DNA of 36,891 bases from Elainellaceae cyanobacterium (GTDB lineage: Bacteria > Cyanobacteriota > Cyanobacteriia > CAZCXK01), in NCBI GenBank assembly GCA_051117555.1, contig JBNPEG010000035.1, forward strand, positions 27,180 through 64,070, given 5' to 3'. The position numbers and the translations under genes were made by a program. The notes beneath the pieces are model-generated. The model did not search any database, was not told where the DNA came from, and worked only from the letters and a program-made list of their open reading frames with translations. Of the stretch, positions 29,710 to 36,891 are shown one piece after another. The stretch's first letter is position 1. Each line of letters begins with the position of its first letter.

Positions 29710-31503
29710 GTGGTTGAATCCAGTGATCAGTTAAAAATGGCGAGGCGACGACGCATGATGCGGCGACGCTCTGGGGGATCGCCATCACAGCCACCATCTT
29801 CGCCGCAGCGGCGCCCCCTGAAGCGCGACCCATATCCCCCTCGTTCGCCTGACAATGTCATCGAAGCTCGGCAGTGGAAACGCAATCGATCGGATTTAGC
29901 GAAAGCGGATCGGGCTGGAGCCTCATCTCAAGCTCGGTTTCTGAGATCAGCAAGTCTCTCAGAGGGAGATCGCCTGCCCCGTCAACACCTATTGCCAGGA
30001 AGCTCATCATCGGAGGCGAGTCTACCTGCCTCACGACGACTGCGATCGCGCAATGAATCTCCCCGTTCCCCAAATCCGCGAATGCGAATGGGGGCTGATT
30101 TGCGCCGAGGTCCGCAAATTCCATCCCGGGCGTCTGCTTCCAGAGCAAAATCTCCTCAAGAGGGGCACGCAAGACGTAGTCGGGGAGGTGCGTTAAGCAA
30201 AGTTCCACCCCGGGATCAACTGTTACCTGTGTTGCCCGCTCGCAAATCAGCGCCGCTGTCTGCCAGAGCTGAACCCCCTGTCAAACGGCTTAGTCCGCGC
30301 CCCATCCCATCGTCTCAGCGTCCACGGAAAGTACGCAAATCCCGTCAGCCGAGTCGCCCGACCTCACCCCTTGTCTATGCAATTCGGCTCCTGATTTTAG
30401 GCGTAGGCATAGGGGCGATCGCAGGTACGCTGATTTCAGTGCTCAACCCGGCTGCTCGCCATCAGGGGGAACTGGCTCAAACTTCAGCTAATTCTGCCCT
30501 TTCTCCTACCGAGTCTGGCGAAGGAACGGCTTCTGCTCAAGGCCGCACGCGGTTTATGGAGAACACAAATGGGCGATCGCTGCCAACGATGTTGCAACTC
30601 CGGCAAGAGATGCGTCCCCTACTGGACGGCATTCGAGAACTGACACTTGAGACGCCAGACCTCACGCCCGGAATTTTCCTAGTCGATTTTGACAGTGGCG
30701 CCTATCTTGATCTCAACGGCACGCGGCAGTTTTCATCGGCTAGCATGGTCAAAGTGCCTATCCTAGTTGCGTTTTTTCAAGATGTTGATGCTGGAAAAAT
30801 TCGCTTAGACAAGATGTTGACTATTGAAGACGACGACATTGCCACAGGGTCAGGTGATCTTCAGTTTGAGGCAGTTGGCACTCAATACAGCGCGATTGAG
30901 GTGGCAACAATGATGATTACAATCAGCGATAATACGGCGACAAATATGTTGATTCGGGAAATGGGAGGAATGGACATCCTCAATCGCCGCTTTCAATCAT
31001 GGGGATTTTCAACGACGCAATTAAATAACCTGCTGCCCGACCTGGACGGCACCAATATGACAACTCCCAGGGAGTTGGTCGAATTGATGGTCATGGTGAG
31101 TCAAGGAGATTTGATCTCCATGCGATCGCGCGATCGCTTGCTGGATATTATGCAAAGCACGGTCACCAATACGCTACTGCCAGCCGGATTGGCTCCTGAT
31201 GCAACCATTGCTCACAAAACGGGCGACATTGGCTCAATGGTGGGTGATGTGGGTGTGGTCGATATGCCCAGCGGCAAGCGATATGCGATCGCCACGATGA
31301 TTCAGCGCCCTCACAACGACGACCGAGCCCAAGACCTGATTCGGCAAGTATCTGGAATGGTCTATGATTACCTCGAAAATCCGGCAGATTTTCAAGGGAC
31401 GGAGAATGATTCTGACGTGCGCGATTTGAATGATGCCGCAAACAGCTCTGACGAATCAGTTGATCCGTATGCCGATCCATATTTGGAGGACGAAACCTGG
31501 TAG
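29710..31503 (+). CDS. Class A beta-lactamase-like serine hydrolase (PBP-A-like) with long basic disordered N-terminus and one TM helix
   Basis: SASMVK (SxxK), ISDNTATN (SDN), AHKTGDIG (KTG); TM LLILGVGIGAIAGTLISVL; start codon uncertain. Confidence 0.88.
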   Translation: MVESSDQLKMARRRRMMRRRSGGSPSQPPSSPQRRPLKRDPYPPRSPDNVIEARQWKRNRSDLAKADRAGASSQARFLRSASLSEGDRLPRQHLLPGSSSSEASLPASRRLRSRNESPRSPNPRMRMGADLRRGPQIPSRASASRAKSPQEGHARRSRGGALSKVPPRDQLLPVLPARKSAPLSARAEPPVKRLSPRPIPSSQRPRKVRKSRQPSRPTSPLVYAIRLLILGVGIGAIAGTLISVLNPAARHQGELAQTSANSALSPTESGEGTASAQGRTRFMENTNGRSLPTMLQLRQEMRPLLDGIRELTLETPDLTPGIFLVDFDSGAYLDLNGTRQFSSASMVKVPILVAFFQDVDAGKIRLDKMLTIEDDDIATGSGDLQFEAVGTQYSAIEVATMMITISDNTATNMLIREMGGMDILNRRFQSWGFSTTQLNNLLPDLDGTNMTTPRELVELMVMVSQGDLISMRSRDRLLDIMQSTVTNTLLPAGLAPDATIAHKTGDIGSMVGDVGVVDMPSGKRYAIATMIQRPHNDDRAQDLIRQVSGMVYDYLENPADFQGTENDSDVRDLNDAANSSDESVDPYADPYLEDETW

Positions 31504-31525
31504 GTCTAACCGATTAAGACACCGA

Positions 31526-32581
31526 TCAAGAATTGGGCACAAATTCGTTTAGCACTGTTGGGCTAGTCTCTTCTAATGCATTCATAGATGCATCTAAGCG
31601 ATCCCAAATTGCTTGTAGCATTGGGTCTAAGCCCGTTCGCGCAACTGCCGAAATCATAAATACGGGCGCATGGCTAAGCTGGTGCAAATGATCGGCAATG
31701 GCAGTGAGGCGATCGGGGTCGGAGGTCGTTGCATCGATCTTGTTAATGGCGAGAATTTGGGGATGGTGCTCTAACCCGCGTCCATAAGCCTGAAGCTCGT
31801 CTTGAATGATGTGATATGCAGCAACAGGGTCAGCTTCGGTACCATCGATTAGATGCAGAAGCAGTCGAGTCCGCTCAATGTGGCGCAGGAAATCGTGCCC
31901 CAGTCCGGTTCCGAGATGCGCACCTTCGATCAGACCAGGAATATCCGCAAACACGGTGCCATCTCCTGTTGGCTTACGAACCACTCCCAGATTGGGAATC
32001 AGCGTTGTAAAGGGATAATCGGCAATTTTAGGACGAGCTGAGGAGAGGGCGGCAATCAGGGTCGATTTTCCTGCGTTGGGCAAGCCAATAATGCCAACTT
32101 CAGCGAGGAGCTTGAGTTCGAGCCGCAGGAGGCGCTGTTCACCGGGTAGCCCAGGGAGAGCATGTTCGGGAGCACGGTTGCGATTGCTCAAAAAGTGCTT
32201 GTTGCCCAATCCGCCTTTGCCACCTTTTGCCACGAGAAGGGTTTGGTCGGGGTTGACCAAATCTCCAATGAGGTCGCCAGTTTCAGCATCGTAAACAACA
32301 GTGCCACAGGGAACCTCGATGATGCGATCGCTCCCGGATGCGCCCGTTTTGTTTTTCGACCCGCCTCGGGTGCCATTTTGAGCCTTAAACTGATGGGCAA
32401 ACTTGAAGTCTAGCAAGGTCTGAAGTCGTTCTTTGGCAATGAACACGACAGATCCGCCCACGCCGCCATTGCCGCCCGCTGGCCCCCCTGCCGGAACGTA
32501 CTTTTCACGACGAAAGGCAACCATGCCATCGCCGCCATCCCCTGCCTGGACTTCAATTTCTGCCTGATCGATGAATTGCAT
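31526..32581 (-). CDS. obgE: GTPase ObgE/CgtA
   Basis: [53 protein letters not shown]. Confidence 0.97.
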   Translation of the reverse strand: MQFIDQAEIEVQAGDGGDGMVAFRREKYVPAGGPAGGNGGVGGSVVFIAKERLQTLLDFKFAHQFKAQNGTRGGSKNKTGASGSDRIIEVPCGTVVYDAETGDLIGDLVNPDQTLLVAKGGKGGLGNKHFLSNRNRAPEHALPGLPGEQRLLRLELKLLAEVGIIGLPNAGKSTLIAALSSARPKIADYPFTTLIPNLGVVRKPTGDGTVFADIPGLIEGAHLGTGLGHDFLRHIERTRLLLHLIDGTEADPVAAYHIIQDELQAYGRGLEHHPQILAINKIDATTSDPDRLTAIADHLHQLSHAPVFMISAVARTGLDPMLQAIWDRLDASMNALEETSPTVLNEFVPNS

Positions 32582-32810
32582 AGTGGAACGACGTAATCGG
32601 AACAACAAACTTCCTATTCTCCATCATAGGCAATTCTGAATTGTGCAAGAGACATGATGGTGTTTAAACCTAGCTGGGCTCTGTTTGCTCGCACTGAACA
32701 TGACAGCTTCATTGCACGCGATGGAGAAGCCGTTTGAACATCGGGAAGCAGGTTCTAATGCTCTCGGAATAAGACAGGCGACCCCTAAAGCATCGCTTAA
32801 AGAGAGTTGA

Positions 32811-33305
32811 TTATAAGCTGCCACGGGTAAAATATTCTCGATCGAGCATAGATAGCACGATGAGTGACTCGTAGCGATCGCCTACTTTTTCACACTCTCG
32901 CAGGGTACCTTCGACGATGAATCCTTCTGTTTGATAAAGATGAAAGGCGCGATGATTGAAATCTTTTACATCCAGCCAGAAGCGGTGTAGGTGCAGGTCT
33001 TCAAACGCAAGTGCCTTGAGTAAACGCAGGGCTATTCTGCCATACCCAAACCCTTTTTCAATCACCACCAATCGACGCAATTGAGCGCTCTGATTATGAC
33101 TTGTTAGACCTTGAAGAATGGCGTAGCCGACCCGATGAGCAGTATCAGTGCATAAAATAAAGTGCAAATAGTCGTCATCCTGCAAGGCGTGTTGGTGCTG
33201 TTCGCAGGCCCATTGAGTAATAAACGGTCGGTTATCGTCCGCGCATTCTGCCGACACGACAAAATCAAGGTCGGAGATGTGCGTAGGGCGTAAGTGGATA
33301 GACAT
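32811..33305 (-). CDS. GNAT family N-acetyltransferase (RimJ/SpeG-like)
   Basis: KGFGYGR motif A, LHRFWLDVKDFNHRAFHLYQTEGFIVEGTLRE; start abuts the pdxJ stop. Confidence 0.9.
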   Translation of the reverse strand: MSIHLRPTHISDLDFVVSAECADDNRPFITQWACEQHQHALQDDDYLHFILCTDTAHRVGYAILQGLTSHNQSAQLRRLVVIEKGFGYGRIALRLLKALAFEDLHLHRFWLDVKDFNHRAFHLYQTEGFIVEGTLRECEKVGDRYESLIVLSMLDREYFTRGSL

Positions 33306-34025
33306 CTATTTCAACGCATCGAGATAGGCTTTCACGGCGTTGGCAAACCCTATATAAAGCGCATCAGCCGTCAGGGCATGACCAATCGAAACTTCTAAAA
33401 TTCCAGGGATCGATGAGCAAAATATTGGTAGGTTATCGAGATTGAGATCGTGCCCCGCATTGACGCCTAGCCCAACGTCTTGAGCAACCTGAGCGGCGAT
33501 CGCAAACTCCTGAAGCACAGATTCATAGTCACCCTCACGGAACGCAGTGGCGTACGGTTCGGTGTAGAGCTCGATGCGATCGCCCCAAATGTCTTTCGCG
33601 CGTTTGATCTGGTCAGGAATGGGGTCCATGAACAGGCTGACGCGAACGCCCAACTGGTGAAGGTCTTGAATGATAGGCAGGAGGCGATCGCCCTCAGTAG
33701 CTAGATCCCAGCCCTGATCGGAGGTAACCGCGTCAGGATTATCAGGAACCAATGTGCATTGGGTGGGTTTGACATCACGAACGACCTCCATGAAGCGCCC
33801 CAAAAACGGATTCCCTTCAATGTTGAATTCTACCGTGAGCATATCGGCTAATTCATAGACATCGGCGTATCGGATGTGTCGTTCATCGGGTCGAGGATGC
33901 ACCGTAATGCCGTGGGCTCCGGCTTCAATACACGTCTTGGCAGCATCAATGACGCTTGGGATGCCAATGGTTCGAGAATTGCGGAGAAGCGCAACTTTAT
34001 TGAGATTGACGCTGAGGTGAGTCAT
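33306..34025 (-). CDS. pdxJ: Pyridoxine 5'-phosphate synthase
   Basis: SVNLNKVALLRNSR, GITVHPRPDERHI, NIEG, CTLVPD, RIELYT, VNAGHDL, EVSIGHA; start set at ATG 34025. Confidence 0.93.
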   Translation of the reverse strand: MTHLSVNLNKVALLRNSRTIGIPSVIDAAKTCIEAGAHGITVHPRPDERHIRYADVYELADMLTVEFNIEGNPFLGRFMEVVRDVKPTQCTLVPDNPDAVTSDQGWDLATEGDRLLPIIQDLHQLGVRVSLFMDPIPDQIKRAKDIWGDRIELYTEPYATAFREGDYESVLQEFAIAAQVAQDVGLGVNAGHDLNLDNLPIFCSSIPGILEVSIGHALTADALYIGFANAVKAYLDALK

Positions 34026-34199
34026 GGTAGGCAATCAAAAATCAAAGACAAAAATCAAAAAATGGATATAGCGCATCGATGCACGGGCGACTCAAGATGT
34101 TTAGCATAAAAGAGTTGCCAAACCTATAGTCTCTCATGACGAGGGGCGCATGCAGTCAGCCCATGATATCCACGTTCATCGATTATTTGAGGTTGTGAT

Positions 34200-34742
34200 A
34201 TGCCAACTCCCAAGGCTGTCGTCTTATTATCTGGCGGGCTTGATTCTGCGACGTCGGCTGCTCAGGCGATCGCCAACGGGTATGACGTAATTGCCCTGTC
34301 GTTTCGCTATGGTCAGCGTCACGAGCGAGAACTCGATGCCGCACAAGCAGTCGCGCATCACCTCGGCGTCACAGAGCATTACATTGTTGATATTAATCTA
34401 GCCGAGTGGGGAGGATCTGCACTCACTGATGCATCCGCTCAGATGCCAACCGATGGCGTGCAGCCCGATGTGATCCCTGCAACCTATGTGCCAGGGCGAA
34501 ACACCGTGTTTATTGCGATCGCCCTTTCGGTTGCAGAAGCTAAAAAAGCCAGCGCCATCTATCTCGGCATCAACGCCGTTGATTATTCAGGCTATCCAGA
34601 CTGCCGCCCTGACTATCTTGACGCATTTCAAACGCTTGCTCGACTTTCATCAAAAGCAGGGCTCGAAGGACATGCTCCCCAATTGGTTGCCCCTCTCGTT
34701 GTTGATTCAAAATATGAGAAAACAGGGTCTACTGCGTTTTAG
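34200..34742 (+). pseudogene. queC: 7-cyano-7-deazaguanine synthase, 3'-truncated
   Basis: [26 protein letters not shown] present; similarity stops at APLVVDSK (~34712); the C-terminal Zn-binding TWSCY...CGxCxSC is absent; 180 aa versus the usual ~220-230. Confidence 0.85.
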
Positions 34743-34780
34743 CCAAAAGTACTGGTGTGATAGTGCTTCAATTTTGGTCA

Positions 34781-34890
34781 CTAGTACAAGATGGCGGAAG
34801 TTTCATAACCGTAGTGTGAGCGTCTCGCTCACGTCGCAGGCGAGATGCCCGCACTTAAATGGTTGGCTTATTTTTACCAAACAGTACTAG
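34781..34890. mobile_element. ~110-bp MITE-like element with an internal REP-like palindrome
   Basis: Ends CTAGTAC...GTACTAG (9-bp perfect IR including flanks, CACTAGTAC/GTACTAGTG) with degenerate subterminal IR; core GTAGTGTGAGCGTCTCGCTCAC...GGCGAGATGCCCGCACT. Confidence 0.65.
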
Positions 34891-35095
34891 TGATAGCAGG
34901 TGAAAGTCTTACGTCAATTGCCGTCTCTGAAAATCACTCAGCGACACCTGCCAATCCAAAATCCAAAATCGAGAATTGGAATAATCTCCGTTAGAGGATG
35001 CTTGAAAAGTCCTATGAATTTGAAGAATGGATATTTCGATCCTTTGTCCGAAGGTATATGAAGGTATTGGAAGTATTTTCCTCACATCCAGTTGC

Positions 35096-35281
35096 TTAGG
35101 ATGCAACTAATTCAAGAAGTTCAGGATTTGACGCAAAGAATTCTTGGCAAATTGCATCGGCTTCGCTCTTGCTGCTCACCGCATACTGCGCCTTTGCGCC
35201 TCCCCCTAAGGGAATCACGAGAACAAGTTTTTTAACCTTACCCAGATGGGTTCTAATTGGTTTTTGCGTTAAAGACACCAT
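35096..35281 (-). CDS. Hypothetical small protein, 61 aa
   Basis: ATG preceded by GGAGAGG SD; plausible beta-beta-alpha composition; no family recognised. Confidence 0.55.
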   Translation of the reverse strand: MVSLTQKPIRTHLGKVKKLVLVIPLGGGAKAQYAVSSKSEADAICQEFFASNPELLELVAS

Positions 35282-35608
35282 AAAGCCTCTCCATTGCTAA
35301 CGATTAGCGGGTGAGATGCTTTCCCTGTAAAAGTCTGGTATCACTTCAAGTACCTTTTGTTTCGCGACATGCGGTTGATGGAATACGCATATCCGTTGTG
35401 TAGATATCGATGATAGTAGCATCAATCAAACGTCATTTTTATTACATTCCATTATGAAACGAAATAAAGAAATGTAACTCTTTCATTGGGTGGAACTGAG
35501 TGTGACTTGTTTATGCAGTTCGCTACCTCCGTCCTATTTACTGGCGTAATGCCATCGCAAATTACTATATTTCCTCCCTTAGCTAGACCTTACTTTGGAT
35601 TACCTCCG

Positions 35609-35779
35609 ATTGAGTTTTATCCGGCTCATATCGATAAAGAAAATAACCACTTTTTTTGGCCTTGCATGCAGTACGTTACCGATGACGAGTCGGATGCCAT
35701 GCTCCATGAATTTTCAGAGATGGATCGGCAGATGATTCACGATAAGTATCGGCACCTCGTGGAACAGTTGGAGTCGTAG
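35609..35779 (+). pseudogene. 3' remnant of a hemerythrin (HHE) domain gene
   Basis: IEFYPAHIDKENNHFFWPCMQY...MLHEFSEMDRQMIHDKYRHLVEQLE carries the second HxxxE motif; the upstream in-frame sequence is unrelated. Confidence 0.65.
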
Positions 35780-35900
35780 TCGGAGCGTATCAAATGGGGC
35801 GATCGCCAAACAATACCTAGTGGGATAGATGCCCAAGCGTATAGGGGGTGCATAGAGTGGGGGTGTCGATAGCACACCTGCTCGCACGTAATGCAACGCT

Positions 35901-36848
35901 ATGAAATATCCTACATTTGATATTACAGAAATCTGGGAAGAGCTTGCTTGGGAACAAGACACAAAAATTATCTATCTAATCTTGGACGGCTTAGGCGGGT
36001 TGCGGAGTTCGGAGCATGGAGGCACAGAGCTTGAAGTTGCCAAAACGCCGAATCTAGATCAACTGACCCGCCGTTCGAGTTGTGGTTTATTAGAAATCGT
36101 AGGACCTGGGATTACACCAGGGAGTGGACCGGGGCATCTGGCTTTATTTGGATATGACCCATTAAAGTATCGAGTGGGCCGAGGTGTTTTATCGGCGTTA
36201 GGGATTGACTTTGATCTGCAACACGGCGACATTGCGGCCCGGATCAATTTTGCGACGATCGCCCCCGATGGGACTGTGAGCGATCGCCGTGCAGGCCGCA
36301 TTCCTACCGATTTGAATGAACGTCTGTGTGACAAAATTCGTAGTAAAGTTGTGCTCGACTTTGAGGGAGACTATTTTCTGACAACCGTCAGCGAGCATCG
36401 AGCTGTTTTAGTGCTGCGCGGCACAGGATTGGGAGATGCCCTCAACGATACTGACCCGCAGACAACAGGCGTTATGCCTCGTGATCCCGTCGCTGAAACA
36501 GAAGAGGCTCAGAAAACCGTTGATTTGGTCACATCGTTTGTGCAGCAGGTCAAGGATGTTTTGGCAGATGAAGAGCCTGCCAACATGATTCTCATGCGGG
36601 GATTTGAGCGTTATGACCCGTTGCCGTCATTGCGCGATCGCTTTGGGCTGCGTGGCGTTTGCATCGCAGATTACCCCATGTATCGCGGCGTTAGCCGTCT
36701 AATTGGCATGGATGTTGCGCCTCGTCCCGGTGGAATGGAGAATCGCTTTGATGCGCTCCAGTCTATATACTCATATCTTGCACCTGGTAATTTGAACTTC
36801 AATTCCCTGCTGTTGCAACAAGGAACGTTTTCGTTCGATATCGGCTAA
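35901..36848 (+). pseudogene. apgM: Archaeal-type (ApgM) cofactor-independent phosphoglycerate mutase, 3'-truncated
   Basis: LILDGLGG, TPNLD, PGSGPGHLALFGYDP, GRG, DRRAGRI, PMYRG; similarity ends near QSIY (~36769); C-terminal metal ligands (KxxD, DHSTP, H) missing. Confidence 0.8.
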
Positions 36849-36891
36849 CAACAGTGTCACTAAAACATCTGCCAAAGCGGCTTCTAGCACT
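36770..36891 (-). mobile_element. Probable right end of an insertion sequence (partial, family undetermined)
   Basis: CTCATATCTTGCACC (36770-36784) begins exactly at the apgM breakpoint; a minus-strand frame open from the window edge (VLEAALADVLV...QITRCKI*) stops inside this motif, as many transposases stop in their TIR. Confidence 0.6.

Larger units (their letters stand above)
332..36642. repeat. HIP1 octamer GCGATCGC, dispersed
   Basis: More than 50 copies by hand count, e.g. 332, 2702, 4005, 4025, 31122, 36635. Confidence 0.95.

Noticed and set aside
29710..31503. Antibiotic-resistance beta-lactamase
   Set aside because: The membrane anchor, long tail and core-genome context fit cyanobacterial PBP-A-like proteins; no mobile context
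32624..32824. 66-aa ORF between the GNAT gene and obgE
   Set aside because: No motif or SD; likely promoter/UTR sequence
34035..34199. preQ1 riboswitch upstream of queC
   Set aside because: No proper P1 stem with the conserved loop followed by an A-rich tail; the A-rich run at 34033-34062 is a short AATCAAA-type repeat next to pdxJ
34486..34890. 134-aa ORF as a frameshifted continuation of queC
   Set aside because: It contains no QueC C-terminal Cys motif and reads through the MITE-like element
619..36398. Remaining short ORFs in the track that overlap or are antisense to the called genes
   Set aside because: Shadow ORFs with no motifs, fully explained by the coding strand
1..36891. CRISPR array, tRNA, rRNA, intron or retroelement
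   Set aside because: No regularly spaced repeats, cloverleaf, rRNA-like tract or reverse transcriptase motif seen by eye

Overview
Chromosomal window from a cyanobacterium: the HIP1 octamer GCGATCGC occurs more than 50 times by hand count, and the gene set is cyanobacterial in type. Positions 1-34.7 kb are mostly core genes: cysK, an AlkP-superfamily enzyme, ftsE, a WecB/TagA glycosyltransferase, a GH15/phosphorylase-kinase-like protein, rbp-rpsU with a conserved cold-regulation leader, an orphan sensor kinase, recJ, a 1800-aa coiled-coil/acidic/Hsp70-like protein, PrxQ, tyrA, DUF423, a rhodanese, REC-HD-GYP, glmU, iaaA, a HEAT protein, a TrmJ-type methylase, a class A beta-lactamase-like protein, obgE, a GNAT and pdxJ. 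The last 2.7 kb is a rearranged mosaic: 3'-truncated queC, a 110-bp MITE-like element, small ORFs, a hemerythrin gene remnant, and an archaeal-type phosphoglycerate mutase cut by what looks like an IS end. The most striking candidate novelty is an A10G slippery tract in the 1800-aa gene, about 100 codons before the Hsp70-like domain, with stops within 4 codons in both shifted frames. This suggests a dnaX-like long/short isoform switch. No rRNA, tRNA or CRISPR array was seen. All calls are from motif recognition by eye, without database searches.
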